From contig MIDP01000005.1 in the NCBI GenBank assembly GCA_001831095.1, positions 30,514-94,513 of the forward strand: a stretch of 64,000 nucleotides of DNA, written 5' to 3'. A program made the position numbers and the translations under genes. The stretch's first letter is position 1. The number at the start of each line of letters is the position of its first letter. The notes beneath the pieces were generated by a model, which saw only the letters and a program-made list of their open reading frames with translations, was not told where the DNA came from and made no database searches. Below are positions 44,698 through 53,941 of the stretch, one piece after another. The stretch comes from Verrucomicrobia bacterium GWF2_51_19 (GTDB lineage: Bacteria; Verrucomicrobiota; Verrucomicrobiia; Opitutales; UBA12508).

Positions 44698-47055
44698 ATG
44701 AATAATATCAACGGGAATTTAGGCCGACCGCCAAACCAGCCAAACCAAATTGATAGGCAAAACTTAAGGCAAACTGTTGATCAATTTATGATTGATCTGT
44801 CTGTTAAAGTGCAGCGCGACATTCAAAGTCGAAAAGCAATGTCCGTCGAAGGGCTCGACGTCGAAAGTTCACGCGAAACCCACAGACAACTTGTGGACAT
44901 TCTCGCTCAAAAATCGGTTGGCCAACTAAACGACTTTATTCGCGAACACCCAATTGCCATTTTAAACAAGACAGAAAACGACTTCTTTCTGGATCCGTTT
45001 GTCGTCATCGACGAATACATCCCAAACATTCATATAGATGATAGCCCATTGTGCGTCGCCGTTCAAAATGGTGATTGGAACTCGATCCTCTACCTGTTAA
45101 TCAAACATGTCGACATCAATGCCTGTGGGCGATTCGGAACCCCCTTACGTTACGCAGCTGCAGTTGGCAATGTCGAGATTATGAAGCTTTTAATCAAGGA
45201 AGGAGCCGATGTCAATTTCTTGCCTGAGTTTGTAAATGGAGAACACACGCCTCTTTTTGCTGCAGTTGTAAATAAGAAATACGACACGTTAGAGTATTTG
45301 TTGTCACTTCCAATCATAGATATGGATGGTCCACACGGTATTGTCGATATACCGCAAGAAGACGGCAGTAGTGTTTCACTGGATTCGCCATTAGTCGCCT
45401 CTGTTTTATTGCGCGACGAAAAGGCTTTTGAGCGGCTATTGCGGGCTGGATTCAATGTTAACAAAATCGACGAACAGTTAGATAATAGCCCCATGGAATT
45501 GATAGTAGACTTAAAGTTAAAAACATTTTTGGCTTATGTCTTCAATGTCGCTAAGCCCCAAACCAAGATAGAGGATGCTATAATTGCGTGGCAGGCAATC
45601 CATCGGTCAGAAACAGGCTACAATAAAGGCACTATGGGCGATGAATCCGACTATATATCTTTAATCCAATACCTTTGGACTGGAAATTTTTCTTATCATG
45701 AATCTTCATATAAATTTGCAGAACTGTCAGAGAAAGATTCCTTTTTGTTTCTAGGAGACCGCATCTCAATCGGAGAAAACGGCAATCGCTATTACAATAA
45801 GTATTTCGCAAACATTGATACCTGGGAAATTATCGCAAATACTGTCGGCTTGGGAAATGAAAGAGTCATTCAAGAACCTATATGGATAAAAAATTACCAC
45901 CCAGAGAAAGATATTAATGAACAAGCATTTTGGCTTAAAACAGCCTACGATTGGAAGCGAAAAAAACATGAACTCCCACGTTTTCTCTTCTCTCTTTTAG
46001 AGACCAATGAACGTCAAGAACACGATGTCTTTTCTGTCGCATCTTTTTTTGATCAACTAGACGCCTTGCTGTTTTCTTTTCGCACTTATTTTGGAGTGGA
46101 AAAATTCTTTTCACTCTCCTCTCAAAATGCTTTTGATCAACTACTTTTGCGTCATTTATCATCATTAACGCTAGACAAAACTCCACTAATAGAAAAGGCC
46201 ATGCTAGGAGGCCATGAACCACTCGCGATGCTGTGCGCGAAAGCTACAGTGACTGGCAATACGAAATTATCTTCTGGGCAAACATATATCGAATATGCGG
46301 CCTCTCAAGGCTTATTTTATCTCGTAGAATACTTTTTAGATAAAGGAACTTCTGTTTCTCAAGCCAGCGACATGCTTATTGGCTCGGATTGGGGTGCTCC
46401 CAATTTTCTGATTGGGTTGATTGAAGCTAAGACACATCCATTTACTCCAGACTCAGTTTTGCAACAGAGACTGAGTGAGCGTACGCGATTTCTGTATGAG
46501 TTTGAAACCTTTTTAACAGAGGTCAAAGACAGTAATGATTCCGCCATTCTTGAACAATGTCAGGCATTTCTCAATCAATCAAAGGACTATTTTTCGACAC
46601 GCATAAAGCCCAATAAAGACTTAGATTCAGCAACAAAAACGCCCTGTGAAATCATGATTCAACAAAAACGAGATGAAATTACAGACCGTGGAGATAAACT
46701 GTTGGTTGCGATTCTCTCCAATAACATCAATGATTTTAAAGAAATCCTTTCTTCATTCACGCGCAGTATCTACCACTATAAGACATTCAAAAAGTTAAAT
46801 CATGTTAAAAAAATAGTTGATGTCGATCAGGACAGTATAGATGAATTTTACAAAACCCTCGAAATGCATTACGGTATTCGTCCAATCGAGCAAGAAGAAA
46901 TCGGCAACAGCTTGAACTCTCTTCTGGATTCAAAAATCGAGCTCGACGACGAAAATTTTGAAAAGATTAAAGAGCTCTACCATAGAGCAAAAATGTCAAA
47001 ATGTGTTGACCGCGAAAAAAAAGATCTAAATCTTAAAAAAATTAAGAAAATTTGA
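44698..47055 (+). CDS. Ankyrin-repeat protein, ~785 aa, A+T-rich gene
   Basis: ORF 44647..47055 (TTG) trimmed to the first ATG, MNNINGNLGRPPNQ. ANK repeats are visible (SPLCVAVQNGDWNSILYLLIKHVDINA, GTPLRYAAAVGNVEIMKLLIKEGADVN, HTPLFAAVVNKKYDTLEYLL). The rest has no family I recognise. Confidence 0.75.
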   Translation: MNNINGNLGRPPNQPNQIDRQNLRQTVDQFMIDLSVKVQRDIQSRKAMSVEGLDVESSRETHRQLVDILAQKSVGQLNDFIREHPIAILNKTENDFFLDPFVVIDEYIPNIHIDDSPLCVAVQNGDWNSILYLLIKHVDINACGRFGTPLRYAAAVGNVEIMKLLIKEGADVNFLPEFVNGEHTPLFAAVVNKKYDTLEYLLSLPIIDMDGPHGIVDIPQEDGSSVSLDSPLVASVLLRDEKAFERLLRAGFNVNKIDEQLDNSPMELIVDLKLKTFLAYVFNVAKPQTKIEDAIIAWQAIHRSETGYNKGTMGDESDYISLIQYLWTGNFSYHESSYKFAELSEKDSFLFLGDRISIGENGNRYYNKYFANIDTWEIIANTVGLGNERVIQEPIWIKNYHPEKDINEQAFWLKTAYDWKRKKHELPRFLFSLLETNERQEHDVFSVASFFDQLDALLFSFRTYFGVEKFFSLSSQNAFDQLLLRHLSSLTLDKTPLIEKAMLGGHEPLAMLCAKATVTGNTKLSSGQTYIEYAASQGLFYLVEYFLDKGTSVSQASDMLIGSDWGAPNFLIGLIEAKTHPFTPDSVLQQRLSERTRFLYEFETFLTEVKDSNDSAILEQCQAFLNQSKDYFSTRIKPNKDLDSATKTPCEIMIQQKRDEITDRGDKLLVAILSNNINDFKEILSSFTRSIYHYKTFKKLNHVKKIVDVDQDSIDEFYKTLEMHYGIRPIEQEEIGNSLNSLLDSKIELDDENFEKIKELYHRAKMSKCVDREKKDLNLKKIKKI

Positions 47056-47061
47056 TAAACG

Positions 47062-48354
47062 ATGGCATGTAAAAAGACAGCAATCTTGGGCAACGGTTGC
47101 ACGGGCAAGGCAGTCGCGACGTGGCTCTCCGAAAGAGGAAGCGATTTTGATGTTTTCGACGAAAATGGCCGCAACGATTTTGCCGAAGTCGCCAAAGATT
47201 TCGACACCGTTGTCTGCAGTCCAGGATTTCGCAAAACACACCCATGGCGATCGGCTGCCGAGGCGGCTGGCTGTCGGTGTTTGGGGGAATTGGAGCTTGC
47301 CAGGCCACATTGGAAGGGCAAAGTCATTGCAGTCACCGGCACAAACGGCAAGACATCGCTGGTCGAGTTTTTGGCCTTTGCATTGAAGCGGGCTGGCATC
47401 GACGCGCACGCCGTGGGCAATAACGGCATCCCCTTTATCGGCATTTGCGAGACGGGTACAGCCAACTCCATCGCCGTCTGCGAGGTCAGCTCGTTTCAGT
47501 CCGAGAGCATGACCGCATTCCCAATCGACATCCTCTTGTGGACGAATTTTGCCGAAGACCACATCAAGTACCACGGAAGCCTCGAGGCGTACCTTGAGGC
47601 CAAACGCCGCCTCGTTGACTTTGCCAAAGTCGTTTTTATAGGCGATGACATAACTCGCGAGTCCTTGTATATTCATGAATTGCAAAATGTAAGACATGGG
47701 CAAAATGGCTCTATAGCAAGGCCCGAGGAGCGAGGGCGACAGGAGCCTACTGACGTAGGTGACTTAGCCCGAACGACGAGAACGCAGCTAGAGAACATTT
47801 TGACCATGTCTTATCCTAAGGATTTTTGGACAGATTTCCGCAAAGAAACCTTCGACCTGGCTTGGAACGCTTGGCAGGAGTTGGGCCTGCCATTGGCAAC
47901 TCTGATGGAGGCGGGTGAGGCTTTCACTTTTCCGCCTTTCCGACTCGAGGAGCACAACGTTCATGGCGTACGTATTTTCAACGACTCCAAGGCCACCAAC
48001 TTCGACGCCCTTATAGCTGCCCTGCGCAACCTCGACGGCAGTTATTGGATCGGCGGCGGTTACGACAAGGGTGAAGATTTGGCCAATATCGCCCCGTTAC
48101 TGAATCAAAAAGTGAAAAAGGCCTACTTGGTCGGCGACACCGCTGAAAAAATTGCGGCCGTCCTCGACGTTCCCAGCGTCGTTTTGAGCAGGCTGGAGAT
48201 CGCCATCGAAGCCGCTCTGGCAGACGCAAAGCCAGGTGAAACCATCCTTTTTAGCCCCGGTTACCCAAGCTTTGACCAATTCCAAAATTTCGAAGAACGC
48301 GGAAGATTTTTCAATAAATGTTTGAATAGTTGCCGTTTTGTGCTTAATAAATAG
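47062..48354 (+). CDS. murD: UDP-N-acetylmuramoylalanine--D-glutamate ligase carrying an in-frame repeat insertion
   Basis: 430 aa. VIAVTGTNGKTS P-loop and NDSKATN motif. Residues ~208-250 ([43 protein letters not shown]) are encoded by a type-B element. Confidence 0.88.
   Translation: MACKKTAILGNGCTGKAVATWLSERGSDFDVFDENGRNDFAEVAKDFDTVVCSPGFRKTHPWRSAAEAAGCRCLGELELARPHWKGKVIAVTGTNGKTSLVEFLAFALKRAGIDAHAVGNNGIPFIGICETGTANSIAVCEVSSFQSESMTAFPIDILLWTNFAEDHIKYHGSLEAYLEAKRRLVDFAKVVFIGDDITRESLYIHELQNVRHGQNGSIARPEERGRQEPTDVGDLARTTRTQLENILTMSYPKDFWTDFRKETFDLAWNAWQELGLPLATLMEAGEAFTFPPFRLEEHNVHGVRIFNDSKATNFDALIAALRNLDGSYWIGGGYDKGEDLANIAPLLNQKVKKAYLVGDTAEKIAAVLDVPSVVLSRLEIAIEAALADAKPGETILFSPGYPSFDQFQNFEERGRFFNKCLNSCRFVLNK
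47691..47812 (-). repeat. Type-B element, full length, inside the murD reading frame
   Basis: AAGACATGGGCAAAATGGCTCTATAGCAAGGCCCGAGGAGCGAGGGCGACAGGAGCCTACTGACGTAGGTGACTTAGCCCGAACGACGAGAACGCAGCTAGAGAACATTTTGACCATGTCTT. Flanked by TA on both sides. The ORF stays open through it. Confidence 0.9.
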
Positions 48355-48373
48355 TCTTTTTAAGGATATTTTT

Positions 48374-49432
48374 ATGAAACTCTCAAAAATCACACTATCA
48401 CTCCTCGCATTGAGCGTTATGCTCTTTCAATCCGGCTGCCGCACGACTCAAAACATCGCCTCGAGTCCCGCCAACCTCTCACAAAATTCGACGGTTGCCC
48501 TCCTCGAAGGTGAAGCTGAGCCCATGCAATTCACAGACATCAACGAAGGTGTCCGCGCTGAGCCCAGCCATTCGTATACCAGCACGTTGTCTCCATTGGC
48601 CAGCACTGAAAGCCAGACACACACCGTCCAAAAAGGCGATAGCCTGTGGAGCATTGCTAAAAAAAACAATGTTTCGCTCGACCAACTGCTCGCGGCCAAC
48701 AACCTCAATAAGGGTTCCACTTTGAGTGTCGGCCAGACCTTGTCGATCCCGAGTAAAACAACGTACGCCGCCTCGAACAGCAGCAGCACCACTACGGGCG
48801 AAGGCTACTCGTACAGCGTCCAAAAAGGTGACACGCTGTCGTCGATCGCCAAGGCAGCAGGCCTGTCGGTCGCAGCCATCCGCTCCGCCAACAACCTCAA
48901 TTCCAGCAACATTTTCGTCGATCAATCCCTCTTTATTCCCGGCAACGCCGACACCCTCAAGGCGAAATTGGCTAAAATGCCACACCGCTCGACGCAAAAA
49001 GCCACACCCGTCGCTCTCCAAAATGGCGAATACGTCATTCAGAGTGGCGACACGCTGTCCCTCATTGCCAAGCGGACGGGCACAACGGTCTCCCAGCTCG
49101 TCGAATGGAACTCGATCAGCAACCCGGCCCGTCTCCGCGTCGGCCAGCATTTGAAGGTTAACGCCTCATCGACGAGCAGCGCTAGCAATCTAACTGCGAG
49201 CAACAGCAGCTCGAGCAACAGCCTCTCTTCAGCAAATACAAACAGTGGCACAACCAGCTCCGTTTCCTCATCTTCCATAAACAACACGCCATCCAGCAGC
49301 GCTCCGGCCTTCGACGACGCCAATAACACCACAACGGCCTCCGCAGAAGCCGCTGCCGGTCTCGATGACGCCGCCATTGAAGAAATCTTCAATAACGCCG
49401 ACGAAATCCCAGTTGTCAGCGTCAATAAGTAA
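48374..49432 (+). CDS. LysM-repeat lipoprotein with Ser-rich tail
   Basis: ORF trimmed to MKLSKITLSLLALSVMLFQSGC (signal plus lipobox-like Cys). Three LysM repeats (HTVQKGDSLWSIAKKNNVSLDQLLAANNL, YSVQKGDTLSSIAKAAGLSVAAIRSANNL, YVIQSGDTLSLIAKRTGTTVSQLVEWNSI). Confidence 0.85.
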   Translation: MKLSKITLSLLALSVMLFQSGCRTTQNIASSPANLSQNSTVALLEGEAEPMQFTDINEGVRAEPSHSYTSTLSPLASTESQTHTVQKGDSLWSIAKKNNVSLDQLLAANNLNKGSTLSVGQTLSIPSKTTYAASNSSSTTTGEGYSYSVQKGDTLSSIAKAAGLSVAAIRSANNLNSSNIFVDQSLFIPGNADTLKAKLAKMPHRSTQKATPVALQNGEYVIQSGDTLSLIAKRTGTTVSQLVEWNSISNPARLRVGQHLKVNASSTSSASNLTASNSSSSNSLSSANTNSGTTSSVSSSSINNTPSSSAPAFDDANNTTTASAEAAAGLDDAAIEEIFNNADEIPVVSVNK

Positions 49433-49444
49433 AACAACTTGCTT

Positions 49445-49487
49445 AAAAAAAGGTCGGTATTTGCTTCATGCAATATCGACCTTTTTT
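49445..49487. terminator. Bidirectional rho-independent terminator between convergent genes
   Basis: AAAAAAAGGTCGGTATTTGCTTCATGCAATATCGACCTTTTTT. GGTCG...CGACC stem extended by TATT(T)GC/GCAATA, with an A-run on one side and a T-run on the other. Confidence 0.7.
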
Positions 49488-49495
49488 ATGAATAC

Positions 49496-49524
49496 TTTTT
49501 TGGCGCTATTTTTACAGCGGTCTT
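49496..49524 (-). repeat. Solo C/B-type terminus overlapping the 3' end of the M16 peptidase gene
   Basis: Reverse complement AAGACCGCTGTAAAAATAGCGCCAAAAA, compared with the C terminus AAGACGGATCAAAATAGCGCAAAAATG. It encodes RPL-stop. Confidence 0.6.
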
Positions 49525-52325
49525 ATAACGTACACTATTGGATTCGTTGATAGATACTTCTTGGCAACTTGCTCCACGTCGGTCTTTTGCATGTTTTGAA
49601 TATCCGCAAGCATGGTTTCAGCCCAGGTTAGGTATTCCGGATGGAGTTGGGCGTTATTCAGAACCATATTGAGCCAATACTGGTTGGTGCGCCGCATCTT
49701 TTCTACTTGATGCAAGAAAGGATTTTTTGCGCGCACGAAGGCATCATCGGAAATTCCATTTTCGACGACCTCTTTAGCGACTCCCGCCATGGCCTCTGTG
49801 AGCACATCGATCTTGTCTGGAGCCGCATCTGACATGAAAAACAGAGAGCCCCTATCTTTATAAAAACGAGAGACCTCCATTCCCGATTGAGGCGAGTAAG
49901 TGGCGCTCATTTTTTGTCGAATTTTGACGAGCAGGCAGTCTGTGAGAACCTGGCTGAGCACATTCAGTTTGCGGATATCGTCGATATTCGACATATCCGT
50001 CGTCGGCCACAGCATACCGATACGAGCACTGGGGTTCTTGTCTTCGACAGTAAAGTCCTTTGTCTGCGCTGGAGGAAAGAGCAAAACGCGTTTGGAGTCA
50101 TCGATTTCCTTAGTGTCGGCGCGCTTTGGCAGGGCGCCAAACGTTGATTTAAAAGCCTCGAGCAGGGCAACTTTGTCGAAATCGCCGACAATAGCAACCT
50201 CCATGTACTCTTTTGTCAGAGCCGTTTGGAGCCATCCTTTGACGTCGTCTGAATTCATAGCAGCAACAACCTCTTGCGGCGGCATGACGTATCGGTAGTC
50301 ATTGCAAGTCAAAAAGGGCAAAACTTGGGTCCGACGAACACCACGGAAACTTTTTCTAAACAACTCGTACTCACTGTTGAGTTCACGCCGAAACACCTCC
50401 AAGGCTTCTGATCGATACCCGGGGTCGACGACATACGCACAGAGCACCTGAAGCAAGAGACCAACGTCGGCACTCGTTGCAATACCATTTAACTCAAAGT
50501 GATCGTCATCGAAATCGAAGAATGTGCCAATTTCTCGCCCTGCAAAAAACCTTTTCAGTTCTTCACGAGACATCTGCCCAAGGCCTCCATCGATAAAAAT
50601 AGCGTCGGCAACTTGCGCGAGCGCAGGCTTGTCTTGTGGCAATGACGCCAAACCCTTTCCAAAACTGACACAGACAGACACCGTCTTATCAAAATCGGTC
50701 TTTTTGAGGTTCAGACGGACTCGGTTGTCGAGGACATAGCTGTCGACGTCAAGGGCGTCATTGTGCTGTTCTTGAATGATCGTTCCTGGCTCCGTCGACA
50801 GTGCATAGGGAAAATCCTTCAAGCCGTAATCTTTAGAAGGCTCGACAAAAGCATCCTGGTCCTGCGTATAAATTTTGAGAATGGATGCAACAGGGTTGTT
50901 GATGGTGACGTTTCCAGCGACGATCACTGTCTTGACAGGATTCAAAGCATAAGTGAGAAAATACTGATAACACACCTCGGTATCGATTTCCGCCAACACT
51001 TTCTTGAGGCACACATCGTAGGTTTCTGGAGACATAAAGACGCCATTTTTATCATAATCATCTATCAAACCATCGACTAATAATTGCGACTGTCGCTTGT
51101 CTTTGTTGGCAAGACCTTCTCGGCTGTTATTGAGAGCCGCTTGCTTTGCTAGCTCGAGTTCGCTTTCATGAAATCCGTATTGCCACACGCATTGCAGATT
51201 CGCGTTCAATGCACACAAACACTTTTTCCACTTTTGAGGCTCACATTGTGCACTAAAATTCATTTCGTCACTGTAAGCTTCGTACTTAAAAAATCCCGCT
51301 TGAAGCTGCGTAAACGGCAAATAGGGCGCCTTCAAACGTTCTTGAAAACGATACTTCAACATCGTCAAAATTAAATTCTTCAAGACACTTTCACGAAAAC
51401 GTTTCTCGGCATCCTTTTCAAAAACGTAGGGCTTGGCAAACGCTATTTGTATATCTACAGCGCTGCTTCCGGTGTCGTAAACATAGCCAATGCGCAGCTT
51501 ATTGTCCAATGAGAGCTTGCCATAATCTGGGTTGTCGGCGCACGTCCCATTGAGGTCCACAAAGAGCTCGCGTATCTGTTTTTCAACAACAAGGGTGTCC
51601 GTAAAATCGCCCACAACGGCTAAAAACATCCTTTGAGGCGTATACCACTTTTGGTAAAAGGCCCGTAGGCGCTCGTTATTGGCGGCGTTAATTTTCTCCT
51701 CTTTACCTATCGGCAGGCGTTTTGCATAGAGCGAGTCGGCCATAACCTGTTGCATCAAGCTTGTCCAAATGCGGTAATCGGCTGTATCACGCATGCGCAG
51801 TTCCGACAAGACGACGCCCTTTTCCGACTGTACGGCTTCTTCTTCGATATCAAGAGATCCCGCGTAATCACGCATCACCGTCAGGCCTGTCTTGAGCGTT
51901 TCCGGGTCGACATTGGGGAGGTCGAGCTCGTAGACAGTCGCATCAAAGCCAGTGTGCGCGTTGGTGTCGTTTCCAAAACCGATGCCCAGGCGCTGTAGGT
52001 ACTCAATCAGGCCGTTTTTAGGAAAGTTCTTTGAGCCCTTAAATGCCACGTGCTCGAGAAAGTGCGCCAAGCCCTGTTCTTCATTGGTCTCCATCAGTGA
52101 ACCCGCGTTGACGTAGAGCCGCACACTCACGCGGTCTTTCGGCTCTGCGTTTTTCATAATGGCATACTTGAACCCGTTATCGAGCTCGCCGTAAACGACA
52201 GACGGATCGGCTGGCATGGGGCTATCTTTGTGAGCAAAGGGCTTGGAATACGGCTCTGCGTGCAGTGGCAACCACGATGTCAAAAACAGCAACAAAAAAA
52301 GCGTCTTTTGCTTGAGTTTTTCCAT
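49512..52325 (-). CDS. Secreted M16 (pitrilysin/insulinase) family zinc peptidase, double-length
   Basis: 937 aa. Signal peptide MEKLKQKTLFLLLFLTSWLPLHA, HFLEHVAFKGS (HxxEH zinc motif), and two M16 halves. Confidence 0.85.
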   Translation of the reverse strand: MEKLKQKTLFLLLFLTSWLPLHAEPYSKPFAHKDSPMPADPSVVYGELDNGFKYAIMKNAEPKDRVSVRLYVNAGSLMETNEEQGLAHFLEHVAFKGSKNFPKNGLIEYLQRLGIGFGNDTNAHTGFDATVYELDLPNVDPETLKTGLTVMRDYAGSLDIEEEAVQSEKGVVLSELRMRDTADYRIWTSLMQQVMADSLYAKRLPIGKEEKINAANNERLRAFYQKWYTPQRMFLAVVGDFTDTLVVEKQIRELFVDLNGTCADNPDYGKLSLDNKLRIGYVYDTGSSAVDIQIAFAKPYVFEKDAEKRFRESVLKNLILTMLKYRFQERLKAPYLPFTQLQAGFFKYEAYSDEMNFSAQCEPQKWKKCLCALNANLQCVWQYGFHESELELAKQAALNNSREGLANKDKRQSQLLVDGLIDDYDKNGVFMSPETYDVCLKKVLAEIDTEVCYQYFLTYALNPVKTVIVAGNVTINNPVASILKIYTQDQDAFVEPSKDYGLKDFPYALSTEPGTIIQEQHNDALDVDSYVLDNRVRLNLKKTDFDKTVSVCVSFGKGLASLPQDKPALAQVADAIFIDGGLGQMSREELKRFFAGREIGTFFDFDDDHFELNGIATSADVGLLLQVLCAYVVDPGYRSEALEVFRRELNSEYELFRKSFRGVRRTQVLPFLTCNDYRYVMPPQEVVAAMNSDDVKGWLQTALTKEYMEVAIVGDFDKVALLEAFKSTFGALPKRADTKEIDDSKRVLLFPPAQTKDFTVEDKNPSARIGMLWPTTDMSNIDDIRKLNVLSQVLTDCLLVKIRQKMSATYSPQSGMEVSRFYKDRGSLFFMSDAAPDKIDVLTEAMAGVAKEVVENGISDDAFVRAKNPFLHQVEKMRRTNQYWLNMVLNNAQLHPEYLTWAETMLADIQNMQKTDVEQVAKKYLSTNPIVYVIRPL

Positions 52326-52376
52326 AATTGGGGATTGAGTTTAAGGTATATTTACGGCCCTTCAACCCTAATGTTT

Positions 52377-52451
52377 AAAGACATATGCAAAATATTCTGA
52401 AAACTCGTTTAGCGCAAAGCCAAGATTTGATGCAATTTCTCACAGGTCTTT
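52377..52451 (-). repeat. Type-A short form (75 bp), inverted orientation
   Basis: TAAAGACATATGCAAAATATTCTGAAAACTCGTTTAGCGCAAAGCCAAGATTTGATGCAATTTCTCACAGGTCTTTA. Confidence 0.8.
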
Positions 52452-52475
52452 ATGGTTTAACAACTGGCGAAAGAA

Positions 52476-52594
52476 AAGACCGTTGAAAAATGCGCCTATA
52501 GCAAGGCCCGAGGAGCGAGGGCCGCTGCGTACGCTGGTACGTGACTCAGCCCGAACGACGAGAACGCAGCTAGAGGACATTTTGCAATGGTCTT
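52476..52594 (-). repeat. Type-B element, full length, covering the 5' end of waaA
   Basis: AAGACCGTTGAAAAATGCGCCTATAGCAAGGCCCGAGGAGCGAGGGCCGCTGCGTACGCTGGTACGTGACTCAGCCCGAACGACGAGAACGCAGCTAGAGGACATTTTGCAATGGTCTT. Confidence 0.9.
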
Positions 52595-53865
52595 TTATTT
52601 TTGCCTACAGAATTCTCTTTCTCCCGCTCTTCCTCCTCGTCTTGCCGTATTACACGTACCGCATGCTCAAGCGTGGCGGCTACGGTCGACACTTTTCCCA
52701 CCGCTTTGGCCTTTTCCCGAAAATCCCCAAACATAAAAAACGCATCTGGATACAGGCTGTAAGCGTCGGGGAAGTGCGCGCCTTACAGCCGTTGATCGAG
52801 GAACTCCAGGCCCAAAATAACTTCGAAATCTTCCTAACAACCACAACCAGCACAGGTCTCCAGACCGCCGAAAAGCTCTTTGCCAACAAGATTGCTTTTA
52901 TCGGAGTCTTTCCACTCAACTTCTGGCTCTTCTCCGCCCTCGCCTGGAGACGCATACAGCCAACTTTCGCCTTTTTAACGGAATCCGAACTCTGGCCCGA
53001 ACACCTCCAACAGGCATGTAGGCACAAGGTTCCACTCTTTCTCCTCAACGGGCGCATGTCGGAAAAATCCTTTCGGCGCTATCAACAAATCCCAACCATC
53101 TGCCGCTGGCTCTTTGCAAAAATCACTCACATTCTCGCCTCCTCCGACGAGAGCCGCCAACACTTTATTCAGCTCGGCTGCCCAGCTGAAAAGATTGTAA
53201 CCGTCGGTAACCTCAAGCTCGACCTCTCTCCAAGCATCCCACCCGACTCAGCAATGATCGCCGCGCAAAAGCGTGCCCTTGGGTTTCCCGAGAACGCCAC
53301 GATTCTTTTTGGCGCATCGACTTGGCCCAGCGAAGAAACGATGTTGGCCAACGTCCTGAAAAACACCCGGCTCTACTCGCCAAATACCTACTTGATTCTC
53401 CTTCCACGACACCCGGAGCGTCGCAACGACATCTCCAACGTTCTCAAGCAGACCCACTTTTCGTTCTCCTTTCGCACCGATAATCCCTCGCAGCCCAACG
53501 ACATCTACGTCGCCGACACAATAGGCGAAATGCACAAACTGCTTCCCTTGGCCGATATCGTGTATGTTGGAAAGAGTATGGCTCCCAATAAGGGCGGCCA
53601 ATCACCCGTCGACGCCGCCCTCTTTGGCAAGCCGATTTTGTACGGCCCCTATATGGACAACTTTAAACCGCTCTGCAAAATGCTCGAAGAACAAGGCGCC
53701 GCGTTCCGCTGCAACAACGAAGAGGCCCTCGAACACTTCATAAAACACCTCTTAGAAGACACCGCTGTTCGAACTTCCATGGGTCACAAAGCAGCCCTCT
53801 GGCAACAATCCAACCAGGGCGCCACCGCCAAAACCCTCGAGGCCCTCAAAGCCCTCGGTGTGTGA
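52483..53865 (+). CDS. waaA: 3-deoxy-D-manno-octulosonic acid (Kdo) transferase; start codon uncertain and inside a repeat
   Basis: WaaA core starts about at FAYRILFLPLFLLVLPYYTYRMLKRGGYG...RIWIQAVSVGEVRALQPLIEEL. The only in-frame starts are TTG 52483 and TTG 52582, and both lie inside the type-B element. No in-frame ATG occurs before the conserved region. Confidence 0.8.
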   Translation: MKNAPIARPEERGPLRTLVRDSARTTRTQLEDILQWSFIFAYRILFLPLFLLVLPYYTYRMLKRGGYGRHFSHRFGLFPKIPKHKKRIWIQAVSVGEVRALQPLIEELQAQNNFEIFLTTTTSTGLQTAEKLFANKIAFIGVFPLNFWLFSALAWRRIQPTFAFLTESELWPEHLQQACRHKVPLFLLNGRMSEKSFRRYQQIPTICRWLFAKITHILASSDESRQHFIQLGCPAEKIVTVGNLKLDLSPSIPPDSAMIAAQKRALGFPENATILFGASTWPSEETMLANVLKNTRLYSPNTYLILLPRHPERRNDISNVLKQTHFSFSFRTDNPSQPNDIYVADTIGEMHKLLPLADIVYVGKSMAPNKGGQSPVDAALFGKPILYGPYMDNFKPLCKMLEEQGAAFRCNNEEALEHFIKHLLEDTAVRTSMGHKAALWQQSNQGATAKTLEALKALGV

Positions 53866-53941
53866 CACAAATTAAACAATGAAGTGCAACACTCGTTGTT
53901 GAATTGGATCGAGGTAAAATTGGTTCCCTGGTTAGCACGCA

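Noticed and set aside
47690-47813. A clean TA target-site duplication and an exact multiple-of-three insertion length for the murD element.
   Set aside because: TA flanks are present, but the 120 + 2 bp implied is not a multiple of three. An extra TTGCAAAATG-like stretch precedes the element, so the true insertion boundaries cannot be fixed without an empty-site ortholog. I claim only frame preservation, not the exact size.
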